Below, one piece after another: positions 14,001 through 30,198 of a stretch of DNA of 64,000 nucleotides. Position 1 is the first letter of the stretch, and each line of letters starts with the position of its first letter. The translations under genes were made by a program, and so were the position numbers. The notes below the pieces were generated by a model. It did no database searches. It was not told the DNA's origin and was given only the letters and a program-made list of their open reading frames with translations. This DNA is from the human T2T-CHM13v2.0 reference genome, Homo sapiens. The stretch lies in NCBI RefSeq assembly GCF_009914755.1, contig NC_060928.1; one strand, 5' to 3'.

Positions 14001-15066
14001 AGTCAATTCATAACTGGCAAAATGAAGCTATTTCCATGACCACAAAAACCCATTCAGGGTCCCCACAAACTCAGCCCACACCCTCCTATTCCAAATCAAT
14101 GAGGCTGACTCAATTTCCTGCTGACTCACAGCAGTCCCAGCTTTACCAGTCAGCTGGTTCCCCAGGTTAAAAGTGGCTCCAGGCAGAACCCAAGATCCCT
14201 GGGAACCAGAGTGTTGCATGTGGCCACTGTAAGAGGCTTAGCATGAGTCCTCAGACCCCCTGCTGTTTCCACATGGCCTGGGCCTTCTCACTGGACTGAA
14301 TGTTTCAAGTGTGCACTCTGAACCTGGAGCCTGAAGAAGGGTAGAGGATACAAGGCCAGCTGGACGTGCAGAGCTGAGATTGCTGCTTAGCCAAAGGCCC
14401 CCAAGTTCTCACCCGTTACCCGAGATGAAACACCTCAGGAAATCCAGGCAACCTGATGACCAGCTGCTTATAAAAAGCGATTCTAAATACACTTTCCAAT
14501 CATTTATAGAAGAAAGCAAATCCTATTGCTGGTGACATGGAAAGTCTCCAAAGCTCTTTTATAAAGGAGAGAAGGGATAATTTGGTTGTCCAGGATTTTC
14601 CCAATAAATCATGGATTCCTTCCTACTGAGATCAACAGAACTCTTGCCACCAATCTTTGTGAGTTCTGGGTTTGGACACTGGGGTTCTTTCAAGAGGACA
14701 GAAAGAATCAGATTTTCTTAAGAGGATATATTAATGACTTAAAATGAATCTCTTTGCACATTTTACAACACTCGCTACCACTGACAAAAAAGTTGATATT
14801 CTTCTAATAAAAACATCCAATTCAGAGATAATGAAAACTAAAAAAAAACTGTATCTTCTCATAATCCTCAATTTTAATAAAATCTATGGGCTCTGGCAAC
14901 AGGGCTTACAAATGACAAGTAGAAGTTTCATCTTGGGGGAGCCACAGGGGAATTTCAGAGAGAATCTGTTTGTAACCAAACCAGAGAAGCACAACTTCAA
15001 ATAACCACCAAACTTCTGTCTTCACTCCCTAAACATGAGGTTTTTGAGTATTTCCAAACAACTTAA

Positions 15067-16780
<1,714 letters not shown>

Positions 16781-17146
16781 AAACATTATTCTGGATATTT
16801 CTGTGAGAATGTTTTTCTATGAGATTAACACTGAAATCAGGAGACTCTGAGTAAAGCAGTTTTCCTTCCGTAAAATGGGTGGGCTTTATCTAATCAGTTG
16901 AAGGCCCGAATAGAACTGACCTCCCTGAACAAGAGAGAATTCAGCAGCAGACACTCTTTAAGATTGAAGTGCAGCATCAGCTCCTCCCTGGGTCCCCACC
17001 TGATGGCCTCAGGACTTGAACTGTAGTATTAATTTTTCCTGCCTCCAGGTCTCCTGCCTCCTGGCCCACTCTACAGATTTTGGACTTTCCAGCCTCCATA
17101 ATCATGTAAGCCAATTACATTTATATGTAAGCCATATACAATTTAC

Positions 17147-17630
17147 ATACATGTATATATGTACATACACATACATATATGTATACATGTATATATGTAC
17201 ATACACATACATATATGTATACATGTATATATGTACATACACATACATATATGTATACATGTATATATGTACATACACATACATATATGTATACATGTAT
17301 ATATGTACATACACATACATATATGTATACATGTATATATGTACATACACATACATATATGTATACATGTATATATGTACACACACATACATATATGTAT
17401 ACATGTATATATGTACACACACATACATATATGTATACATGTATATATGTACACACATATACATATATGTATACATGTATATATGTACATACATATACAT
17501 ATATGTATACATGTATACATGCATATGTGCATACATGCATATATGTATACATGCACATATGTATGTATATATACATATATGTAAATTGTATTGCGTGTGT
17601 ACATATATACACACACATAAACACACACAC
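17147..17630. repeat. 36-bp AT-rich purine/pyrimidine-alternating minisatellite (about 10 units) with a degenerate tail
   Basis: Unit atacatgtatatatgtacatacacatacatatatgt, which gives the 12-aa periodic spurious ORFs in the track. Confidence 0.95.
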
Positions 17631-17771
17631 GCATTCTACTGGTTCCATTTCTCCAGAGAATCCTGACAAATGTGTTTCCCTGCTTCCCTAATTTGATTCC
17701 TTTCTTATATTCTCTTCCCAACCTTGGCTGAACACTGGAATCACCAGGGTAGCTTTAAAAAATACAGATAC

Positions 17772-18090
<319 letters not shown>

Positions 18091-18187
18091 ATGCCTGGGT
18101 CCCCATCTTCAGACAGTCCAGTTTGATTAATCTGGGCTGTGGCCTAGGTACTAAGATTTTAAAAGCTTCCCAGATGATTCTAAAGTA

Positions 18188-18424
18188 CAGACGATCTCAA
18201 ACTTATGTTGTTTTGACTTATAGTTTTTTGATTTTACGATGGGTTTATAGAGATATCATTCCATTGTACATTGCGGACCATCTTAGTTACAATGGTTCAA
18301 CTTACAGTATTTTGACTTTACCATGGGTTTATAAGAATGTAATCTGATGCATTTTGACCTACTATATTTTCAATTTATGTTGTGTTTCCTGGGGCATAAC
18401 CCCTCATAAGTTGAGGAGCATCTG
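18188..18424. mobile_element. MER47/Tigger5-like TcMar DNA transposon
   Basis: TA-flanked termini cagacgatctcaaacttatg ... cataagttgaggagcatctg, with internal repeats. Confidence 0.7.
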
Positions 18425-19129
18425 TACAAGCACAGTTGAGAAACATTGTCTTAGAGTTCCTTGGTTAAAAAAAAATCTAAATAAGAACTGGGCTAAAGCT
18501 CTTCAAGTATACTATTTCATAATCAGCTGTTGAATTCCTTTGCTGTGAATCTTACCTTTATGAGACTCTAGAGTAGAATCACAAGGTCCTAGGAACAGGT
18601 ACTTTTTCCTCACCAACCTACTTATGAAAGTTCTTCAGGTTACTAAATGTGAACCATGCTACTTTGTATTTACAGAAATTCCTATCTTTAAAAGAAAAGC
18701 ATGCTTTTCAATTTCATTTCAAAGTCTTATGACAACACTTTGACGTTGGCAAGTGGCTAGTTAATTTGCATCCATTTTATTTGCAAGGAAGCTGGGGCAA
18801 AAATGATTATTTCTTTGCATGGAATTCTTCCTATCAGTCACAACTGTCCAATGAAGTAATAAATTGCCTTTTAAGATTTTCCTCCCATAGTGATTCTTAT
18901 GAAGTCATGGAACCATGCCTACTTCTATATTTGCACATGAGCAAAGTGACATGCACACAAGGTTATCCATTAAAGCCTGGTTTGTGGAAGTAAAAGACTG
19001 GAAACATCCTAAGTGTCTGCCATCAGGGACAGGTTAAAAAATTATAGCACTTCTAAAGATGGCACAGTATGCACACATAAAGGAGAATGAGGCAGCCCTT
19101 CATGCTCTGATATAGAATGATCCAGTACA

Positions 19130-19316
19130 GTGCTACAGCCAGTTTGGACCAGTTCAGGAGGGCAGATTGTTAGCGTCTCTTCTTAATTTTGCAGTCAGCA
19201 ACAACTTGAAATTTGCCATGGTGGGAGTTACATCATGAAAATCTATAAATGGTATGAATCAGAGCATAGCTCACTCCATAAGAGGCAGTTGCTGAATATT
19301 TACTAGCACGCCACTG
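19130..19316. mobile_element. MER63-like hAT element
   Basis: cagtgctacagcc... start and ...tactagcacgccactg end resemble the recalled MER63 termini. Confidence 0.5.
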
Positions 19317-19439
19317 AAAAGATCTCTAAGACCCACTTTAAAGTGAATAAAGCAAGGTGTTGCACAATCTGCACAGTATGCAAGCAACTGTGTAAAAACA
19401 GGGGAAATTATTGTGCATTAGAAAACCTCTAGATTCTTT

Positions 19440-19948
19440 AAAACTTAAACATAGAATTACCATATGTATTCCCAAGAGAAGTGGAAACATATGTCCACAC
19501 AGAAACATGAAAACAAATGTTTGTAGCAGCATTATTTATAGGAACCAACAGGTAAAAACAACCTAACTGTCCATCAGCGGATGAATGAATAAATTAATGG
19601 CGGTGTGGGCATACACTAGAATAATATTCAGCCATGAAAAGGAATGAAGTATTGATGAATGCCACAACTTGGATGAACCTCAAAAACATTATGCTAAGTG
19701 AAAGCAGCCAGACACAAAAGGTCACATATTATATGATTCCTTTTATATGATACAGGCAGAATAGTCAAATCTATAGAGACAGAAAACAGATTAGTGGTTA
19801 CCAGGGAATGGAGGAAAGGGAATGAGGAATGTTTATTTAATGGGTAATTTTTGTGTGTGTGTTTCTGGAGTGATGAAAAAGTTTTGAAACTAAAGAGTGG
19901 TAGTGGTTGCACAACATTATGCACACATTAAATGCCACTGAATCGTAC
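19440..19948 (+). mobile_element. L1MB-like 3' end
   Basis: ggatgaacctcaaaaacattatgctaagtgaaagcagccagacacaaaaggtcacatattatatgattcc. Confidence 0.85.
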
Positions 19949-19949
19949 A

Positions 19950-20474
<525 letters not shown>

Positions 20475-23229
20475 TCACAATTAATTTAGAATCTACAAAC
20501 TGAAAGCACTCTCTTTCCAGAGACTCTCATTGGTTGGTCTTCCATCACCATATCCCATCAGGTAGGAGTATCTCTACCAGGCAGCACTTGGACACCTGTA
20601 TTTACTCTGCCCTGCGAATGGAGGATGCAGCGTGATGCTGGGGATACTTGGTCGTAGAGTGGGTGAGATGGATCTGGGAACAGCCATGTGGCCTTGGGTT
20701 AGGCACGTAACCTGTCTGAACATGAGTTTTCTCTTCTGTAAAACGGAGATGATCAGGTCCACCTCTCGGAATTGGTATGACAATGGTATGGAGAATTAAG
20801 ATAACACATGCGTGTGCCCAACACACTGTAGGCACTGAGCAATGCTGATATCGTTTCCTGGGAAGGGGATGATGCTGAGGGATTCTGCCTGCTCAGGAGA
20901 CTCTCCCTGGTGACTCCTGAAGATTTCCTCAGCCTGCTTTGTTCAACTGGCCCAGCACTAGCATAACCTTGTTCCTGTGTCTTTATGAGCCCTTCTTTTC
21001 TTCTGTTTTATAAACCAAGACTGTATCATTGAAGTGGAGAGTCAATAGAAAAGTAAGAGAATTAGATTCTTAAGGGTAACTAGAGCTGTGATTTATTGAG
21101 TGCTTACCTTGGGCCTCATATTTTAAATGCATTATTTCTAACACTTACAACAGCCCCAGAAGCAATATATTTCAATCCTCATTTATAGGGAAGAGAGAGC
21201 TTAAGTAACCTGCTCACCATTACATTGTGCTAGAGCAGGGATTTGAACCCAGGACTGCCTGGCTTTCTACTCGATCATATTCCATCATGGAACCCGGCTT
21301 GCAAATTGCCAAAGTCAAGACTACTGGACTGTGTGGACCTAAAACAATTGTAGAATCTAGATGAAAAGTGGAAGGGGCCCAAAAAATTATTGAGTCTAAC
21401 CCTCACCTCATAAGAAACCCCTACTTCAACATCCTGACTCTTTGATGGAATGCTCATCACCTCATGTGACAGCCCATTCCATTTTTAGACAACTCTAATT
21501 ACTAGAAAGACTCATAATGTGCTATTTGCCAGACAGATTCACCTGCTATTTTCATTACAACTTCATACACCCTGATGAGGCCATTATTAAGACATTCTTG
21601 GCTGAAATCCTGAACTCCATTACCTCCTGGACTTGCAATAAGGCCCCTAACACCATTGCCAAATAAAGTTACTCCAGAACATCAGCGTTGCAGACAAAGT
21701 CACGAGAGGGATGTTGATTACAACTTCAAATGAGTCTGGGATAGGTGATTATCTATTTCTAAGGAAAGGTTATGCTGGATGGGATGTATTGTCACTTGGG
21801 ACAGAGGTATAGCATATACTGCAGAAGTTTAAAATAATCAGAGTCGTGTGTATGCAACACAATTCCCTGGTTAATTAAAATGCTTGCAAAAAGCAGTGAA
21901 AGCTGATTTTTGTGCTTCTCCTTCTTCCTGGTTTTCAGCTTCTTCGGCAGTTTTCTGTTGAGTGAAGGACAGTCAGGTCTAAATGATGAAATATGAGCTC
22001 GTGTCACTAGCTTCCCACACCATGAACTTACTGTAAGATCTAACAACTAATAATGGAGATTAAAAATGGATAAGAATTAAAAAGGGGAATCCAAGGTCCT
22101 CTGAGTGTGTGAGCTGCGCTCATCTGGTTCTCTGCGGGGGAAGCAGAATATGTTTACGTGATTGTGTGAACTGCAGGAAACTAAAAGATGCCAGGGTCAG
22201 AAGAGTAAAATGTGGCTCCACTGGGACTTCAGGTGGCAAATAGGATTGAGAATCTTAACTTTAATGAAGACAACAAAAACCACATAATTAACACACACTG
22301 TTAACACCTCATTAGTCTCCCGGGGCTTAAATTATGCTAAAAATAATCAACACATTTTGTTTAAATAAGGCGCTGTTACAGGTGGTAATAAAGGCTTACT
22401 TCATAGCAGAATGAGGCCATTTTTCCACATTTTTTTCAGATGCTTTAAAGTAGGCCTTATCTTCATTCCAAGGAAAGGATTATTAAAAACATATGTGGAG
22501 TTGCGGAGAGGAAATGAGTGTATTAGTTAGAGTCTCTCTGGCTCTGAGCCTGACTCCAAAATCTTACACAACTCCATTTCACAACCCAGATCCCCAACAT
22601 CAGGATTGTCTCATAAATGATGTGCTGTGGGGCATTGGTGCTGGCTACACATCAAGCTGCGAAATAGCCAAGTTTGGTCTGGTGCCTTTTCTTCTCTTTT
22701 TTCACACTGTAAGCATTAAAACTCCTCTTACATGTTTATACATTCACTGCCACCTAATCTGGGTTTGACCTATGACTATTTTGACCAATAGAATTTGGAG
22801 AAAGTGATGTTTCTGGATTTCTGAGCCCAGGCATTGCAAAGACCTGAAATCTTTGGCCATGCCTTGAGCCACTACAGAGGAAGTCCAATTTCCCCTGCTG
22901 TAGAGCCAGACCACAGGGAGAGGCCTTGGAGGTTGAGCCATCACCTGGAGATAGGCCATATGGCCTCTAAGCACCTGAGGCCTAGACATTCAGCCCAGTG
23001 GCAGCCTCAGCTGCCAACTGGCTACAACTGCAAGAAAGAACTTAAGCAAGGCCAGTAGAGGAACTGCCTGCCCATCCCTAGGTAACCCACAGAATCATGA
23101 GATATGATAAAATGGTTGTTGTTTTAAGCCACTAAATTTGGGATGGATATTGCAAAACAATAAATAACCAAAATGCCTCTTTGCATTATCCCTGTTAGGA
23201 TGCCCTTTTCACCCACCCTTGACCATTGG

Positions 23230-23596
23230 TTATGGACTGAAGGATTGTGTCTCCCCAAAATTCGTATGTTGAAGCTCTAAACCCCAATGGATGGTATTTT
23301 GGGGTGGGGCCTTTGGAAGGTAATTATGTTTAGATGAGGTCATGAGGGTGGGGGCCACCATGATGGGACAAATGTCCTTGCAAGAAGAGGAAGAGAAACC
23401 AGAGCTCGCTCTCTTCACCATATGTGAACATAGCAAGAAGGTGGCTGTTTGCAAGCCAGGAAGAGAGACCTTGCCAGGAACCAAATCTGTGGACACCTTG
23501 ATCTTGGATTTCCTAGCCTCCAGAATTGCGAGAATCAAATGTCTATGGTCTACATCACCCTGTGGCATTTTGTTACAGCAGCCCGAGCTGACTAAG
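23230..23596 (+). mobile_element. MLT1A0-like LTR
   Basis: tatggactgaaggattgtgtctccccaaaattcgtatgttgaagc ... gttacagcagcccgagctgactaag. Confidence 0.85.
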
Positions 23597-26500
23597 AAAC
23601 CATCTGTCTGTGCATTTCCAAGATATCTCCTTGCACCTTTAGGAAAAATCATCCATGTGTGTTCACGTGTGATCATGGAAGAAAGTCTCCCTCTGTTTCT
23701 TAGAAAAATTATCATATTCACTGTGATTCTCAGAGATGAGACTCCTAACTTCCTTGTGCAAGCCAAGAGAAAAATATTAAATTTTTCCATTACTTTCTTG
23801 CTCTTGTTTTCTCTCTGTGTAAAAACAGGAACTCCACCTATTCTCCACCACGGAGTTAAACAGCAAAACCCTGTGCTTGTGGGCTAGTGGTGCTGGTTGG
23901 GGGACGGATGAGAGTCATTGCTTGATTATGCTGCACTGAGTATCTCCCTAAGTTTTAGAGAGTGAGTGATGGCTCTGAAAAAGATACTTTTTTTCAAGCA
24001 GAAAGCTTTGCATTTCTGTCAAAAATCAGGGCAGATAACAAAACTGCTTCTACTTTTGTAGTGAAGCTCACAGCTTGCTCATAACAGAGAGCAACATAAA
24101 GTATCTGTGCAGCCCTGAAGGAGAGAAAGAAAAACAAAGCATTTTGAGACCACATTGAAGAAACATTTACATAGACCTGCTCTATAGCCTTGGCACCAGC
24201 GAAGTTAAAGTGCTAGAAGTATTGTTGACAAGACTGTACTTTGACCGAATTTAGAAACGTCGGATTGAATGAATAAATGGATGGATGGATGATGATGATG
24301 GGCAGAGAGAGTACAATTTATCCACCAGCTCTGCTAGAGGGAAACAACTGGAAATCATTTTGGGACCCGAAGATCTGTGAATGGCTCAGAACCAAGACGA
24401 TGGGAGATGAAGATCCAGGCAGAAACATTTTCCTGTGCTGAACCCAGTTATGAGTTACATCACTTGCTCTAGATAAGGATTATATGAGACCTTATTATTG
24501 TCATTGCTTGTAGTTTGGAGCCTCTTTATTCATGCTCAAGTTAACTGTAAGCAGTTAATTCCATGGAATGAGTTTGGTCCTTCCCAACTAATTTTCTTGC
24601 TTTCTTTATAAAATCCCAAATTAAATAATGTCCGTAGTTCCTTAAAGAACTAAAGGTAAATATCTGAACCAGTGTGGCAGGTATTGTTGGCTGCCTAGCC
24701 AATAAAATCCTTCCCTCCTTCATAGTAAGGAAAATTTGATTTTGCTAGGGTAGCAAAACGTTCAATGAAAGAACATTTACTCTGCCAGACTCCTGTGACC
24801 CTAGGGATGCCTGTGACACATTTCTGACCATGAGACATAAATTGAAATTGTCTGGGAAAGAGGGTGTTTCTACTTCCCTTTTCTTTCTTCCTGCCTGAAG
24901 TGAGGTGCCATATCTGGAGGTGTATAAGCCACCTTGCAGCCTTGAGGCAACATTCATGAGGTCAGAAGCCTGCACACTGACAATGATGGCAAGCAAAGAT
25001 GGGAAAATCGCAAGCCCTGCAGGTATCACGGAGCCACCCTACCAGCTCTGGACTTTTTGTTCCATGCAACAAATGCCTGAGTGTTCCAGCAAGGTTTTTT
25101 GTCATACTTTCCTTATTTGTAGCCAAAAGCATTCCTGGCAGATACTCTTGGGTTGATCCAATTGAAAACTACTCTCTTGGTTCCAGTGTCTGGAAGGGGG
25201 AAGGAATATGCCTTCTTTATTGCACATTGCCTGACTAAAGGCCAATTCCTCACAGAGTATTTACAGGAATATTTACATAGACCTGCTTTGTAGCCTTGGC
25301 ACTAGCAAAGCTAAAGTGCTGGAGGTATTGTTGACAAGACTGTACTTTGACTGAATTTGGAAATGTTAGATTGAATGAATAAATGAATGGATGGATGATG
25401 ATGATGACAGGCACACTGTATTAGTATGGGCTGCAAGTAAAAGAAAGTCTTGGCTTGCACTAACTTACACAACAGAGTCACAGAGTGGGAAGTCCAGAGG
25501 TTAAAAAAGATGCAGATGCAGAGCCATCAGGGCCTCAAGGACCCAGATCATTCCATCTCACTTCTTGGCCATCCTCAGGGAATACCATGTGCTGATCGAA
25601 CAAGATTAATCAGGAACTTTGTTGGTGACTCCCTGCATTTTAGTAGAGTTCTATACCTGAACAAAACAGATACCTGATAGAAAAGAAAAGCAGGGATCAA
25701 TTATCACAGGAAACCATCAGTGTCTACTACCCACATGTTACATAAACACTTTGCAAAATGTGCAAAGTCCCAAAACACAAAATGATGGTGAGGATGATGC
25801 CAGCTTACCATCAGCATTGGTTTGGACACTTTCTGACTGCCATTTGGAAAAGGGGAGTTTAGTTTCTTTCCATTCAGTTGGCATTTATGGCTTCTAAATG
25901 AATGGTCTAATTCATTCATCCAATTTGACTGGTCTCATAACAGGAAGCAATTAAAGTGTTCCAAGTGACCAACTAGCCTGCTTGTAAAAACTGAATACTT
26001 GGAAAAACAAACAATTCCATCCTTCTCTTCCTCCTAAGGCACCTTCAGTGTACAAAAGGGTGGTGCGGAAATGAACTCAAACTCTGTGTAAATGGAAAAA
26101 AAGAGATTCCAAAGTCTGTTTAACAACAAGACCAAGTCATAGATTCTTAGTAGGAATAGCTTCTTTCCCCCCCTTTGTGGAGCTAACGTTCTTTTTTTAG
26201 AACGGGTGCCTCACTGGGAATAGATGTGAAAACTGCATAGCAGGATCATGTGATGCGTAGGCAATTTCACAGGAGTGAATTTCCCCCCAGAACACTAAGC
26301 TGCTTGTGCATAATCCACCATGGTATTGCAAACACAGGGAGAACAATCTGTAGTGCCAGAGAAACGACTTGTCAAACATACAAAACTAGGACAAAACAGA
26401 GCAGCACTTGTATTTTTCTTTGGGAAACAGTGTCTTTCCCTCTCTCCCCATGCTGTTCTGGTGGTGCTGACCCTACTTCTGGCTGACAGAGTAAGCCTAT

Positions 26501-27545
26501 GATGAAAACTGTATTCCATCCTCATCAACATAGTTATGGGTTCAGATATGGAAACAGGACTCACGTAGGTTCCATGAGATTCAATTGGGCAATTTTGTTG
26601 GAACTATTAGAAGTTTTAGAGCTATGAAAATAGAAGATCCTGGATTTTTCAGTCATATGAGCCAGTAAAATGCCCTCTTGCTGAAATTGGCATGAATTGC
26701 ATTTCTGTCACTTGAAACTTAAGGAGATCTAGCTAACACAAAAACAAAGGTACCAGTATCTTGAGTCCTAAAAAGAAGAAACAGAAATCCATGACAATAT
26801 AAAGAAATTGATTCTACATTCACAAGTCTTTCCACTTCCACCCTGATACCTTTGTGTTTTCCAGTCCAATTTATAAAATGAAGGACCTCAAAAAAACCTC
26901 AAAAGGTTTATTCCTCAAAAAACAGGTAATGCAATTACAGAATTCAATGATTGCTACATGCCAAGCACCTAGTTGGTTTCCTTACATAATTATCTCATTT
27001 AATTGTCAAAAAAATCCTCACAAAATCCTACCTTGTTTTTACATGTGAGGACAGTGAGGCTTGGAGTGGATCAGTGCTGTGTAGAAACTGTCAATTTAGT
27101 TAGCCTGAGGTCAGGAGCAGTGCTCTCCCAAGAGACGTCAGAGGAGGGTCTCAACAGGACAACTGTCCCACTAATGAATAAGAAAGCTTTCTCTTTTTAC
27201 TCTCCAATGCTTACTCATTAGAGTTCTGACCTCAAACTTTGCAAGACTAAATCTGAAGGACCAACAACATAATACAAAATTTAATTTGGATGACCTTGCC
27301 TAGAAAGGATTTGAACTTGAGGTCATCCTCACACCAACGAGGTGAGCCCAAGAGTTGCCAGCTTTCTTACTTTGCTAATGCTTACAAGATGTCTGTGCTT
27401 TTCAAATTTATTAAGGGATAATTTACAAGCAATAAAATGCATGCTCTTTGACATGTAAACACTCATGTAAGCATCCCACATTCAAGATATAGAACACTTC
27501 CATCGCTCCAGAGAGATTTCTCATGCCCCTTTGCAGCTAATTCCA

Positions 27546-27677
27546 ACACACATGCATGCAGGCACACACACACATGCACACACGCACACACACACATGCA
27601 CACACACACAAACACACACACTCTCTCTCTTTCTCTCTCTTTTTCTCTCTCTCTTTTTCTCTGCCTCTGCCTCTCTC
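27546..27677. repeat. Compound (CA)n/(CT)n microsatellite
   Basis: Directly visible in the sequence. Confidence 0.9.
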
Positions 27678-29519
27678 AATGTTCCTCTACCTCCATCCCA
27701 GGAAGCCATTTTTCCGATTTCCATGACAATAGGATTAGGTTACCTATTCTAGAAGTTCATATGAATGGAATCACACGGTATATACTAATCTGCATCTTGC
27801 TGCTTTCACTTAGACTAATATTTCTGAGATTCCTTCATGTTTGAAGCCTCACTGTCCCCAAACATCCTTGGTGTGAGGATCACCTCAAGTTCAAATCCTT
27901 TCTAGGCAAGGTCTATGTACCAGTAGTTTATTCCATCTTATTTCTGAATAGTGTTCCATTGTGGAAATATAATGCAAATAATATATCTGTTCACCTGCTG
28001 ATGGATATTTGCAATGTTCCCAGTGGACCCATTATGAATAATGCTCTTATATATTTTCATGTATATGTCTGTGGACATGCATTTTCATTTTTCTAGGAAT
28101 GAAAATATTGAATCATATGTTAAAGGCATGTTTAAGCCTATAAAAAACTTCTAAAGAGTTTTTCCAAGTAGTTGTAGCATTTCACAGTCTCACTATTAAC
28201 GTATGAAAGTTCTAGTCACTCCATATCCTTGCCCACATTGCCATTGTCAGTGTTTTTATTTTTAGCCAAGCAAATTGACATAGAGCAATGTTAAACTGTG
28301 GTTTTGTTTTGCATTTTCCTGATAATCAATGAATATGCTTATTGGTTATCTGTATATCTTCTTTTGTGAAACATTGGTTAAAAATGTTCATCCAGTTTTT
28401 CAACTGGATTGTCTTTCTTCTTATTGAGTTATAAGAGTTCTTTATATAGTCTAGATACAAGTCCTTTGAAAGTTATGTGTATTAGGAATATTTTCTCCCA
28501 ATCTGTGATTTGTCTTTTCAGTTTCTTAAATGTTTCTTTTGAAGAGCAAACATTCTTACTAGTGATGAAGTCCAGTTTGTTAATTTTTTCTTGTATGGTT
28601 TATGCTTTTGGTGTTCCAGTAAGCAATATTTACATCCCAGAAGTTTTACAGTTTCACTTTTACACTTAGGTTTGTGCTCCATTTTGAAAAAGTTTTTTTA
28701 TGTGTTTAAGATAAAGGTAGAAGTTCGTTTTACTTCCATATTGATATGCAGTTGTTCCAGTACCATTTGTTGAATAGTCTACCCTTTGCCCCATTAAATT
28801 ACCTTGGCACTGTTTGCAAAAGTCAATTGACCATGTATGTATAGGTCTATTTTTGAATTTTCTATTTTGTTCCATTGATCGATATGTCTGTCCTCATGCC
28901 AATACCACACCGAGTTGATTATTAAATTTTTATAATAGGTCTTAAAGTCAGGTAGTGTCAGTCTTCCAACTGTGTGTATGTATTTCAAAATTGTTTTAGC
29001 AGTTCTAGGTCGTTTACTTTTCCACATACACTGCAGAATAATCTTTTCAATTTCTACACAAAAGCCTGCTGGGATTATGATTGGCATTGTGTTAAATTTG
29101 AGGTAACTGACATCTTAATACTGAGTCTTCTAATCCACAAATATGGCATATCTTTCGATTTGTTTAGATCTGCTTTAATATCTCTCAGAAACATTTTGTG
29201 TTTTTGTATATCTTGCACATTTTAAGTGTAGAATTTTAAAAATCTTTTTTCTGAATTTATTACTAAATATTTCATTCATTTTGGTGTTCTTATCAATGGT
29301 AATTATTTCATTTTCAAATTGTTTGTTGCTAGTATCTAGAAACCCAATTTACTTTTATTTACCGACTTTGTATCTTGTGACCCTGGTAAATTCCCTGATT
29401 ATTTCCAGTAGTGTTTAAAAAATATCCTTAGAATTTCCTTTTCTTTTCTCTTTTCCTTTCTTTCTCTCTCCTTCCTTTTTTCTTTTCTTTTCTTTTCTTT
29501 TATTTTCTCTTCTTTCTTT

Positions 29520-29810
29520 CTTGTTGAGACAGGGTCTCACTCTGTCACCCAGGCTGGAATGCAGTGACATGATCACAGCTTACCACAGCCTTGACTCCCC
29601 CCAGGCTCAAGCTATCCTCCCACCTCAGCCTCCAGAATACCTGGGACTACAGGTGCACAACACCATGCCCGGCTAATTTTTTTATTTTTTATAGAGACAG
29701 CGTTTCACCACTGTTCCCCAGGCTGCTCTCAAACTCCTGAGCTCAAGCAGTCTGCCCACCTCAGCCTCCCAAAGTGTTGAGATTACAGGCATGTACCATT
29801 GCACTTGGCC
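29520..29810 (-). mobile_element. AluJ-like with a CT-rich tail
   Basis: gagacagggtctcactctgtcacccaggctgg ... ctcccaaagtgttgagattacaggc. Confidence 0.9.
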
Positions 29811-29845
29811 TAGACTTTTCTATGCAGACATTCATGTTTGCATAA

Positions 29846-30198
<353 letters not shown>

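Noticed and set aside
17016-17721. Six overlapping Tyr/Ile/His/Cys/Met-rich ORFs, and a CRISPR-like 36-bp period
   Set aside because: These are translations of a purine/pyrimidine-alternating minisatellite that cannot form stop codons. The units are contiguous with no unique spacers, and the context is eukaryotic.
23230-23887. 186-aa and 181-aa overlapping ORFs
   Set aside because: They lie largely within an MLT1A LTR and show no protein family features.
28666-29087. L1 ORF2-like peptides as an active retrotransposon
   Set aside because: Short, degenerate, frameshifted and interrupted by Alus, so this is a fossil.
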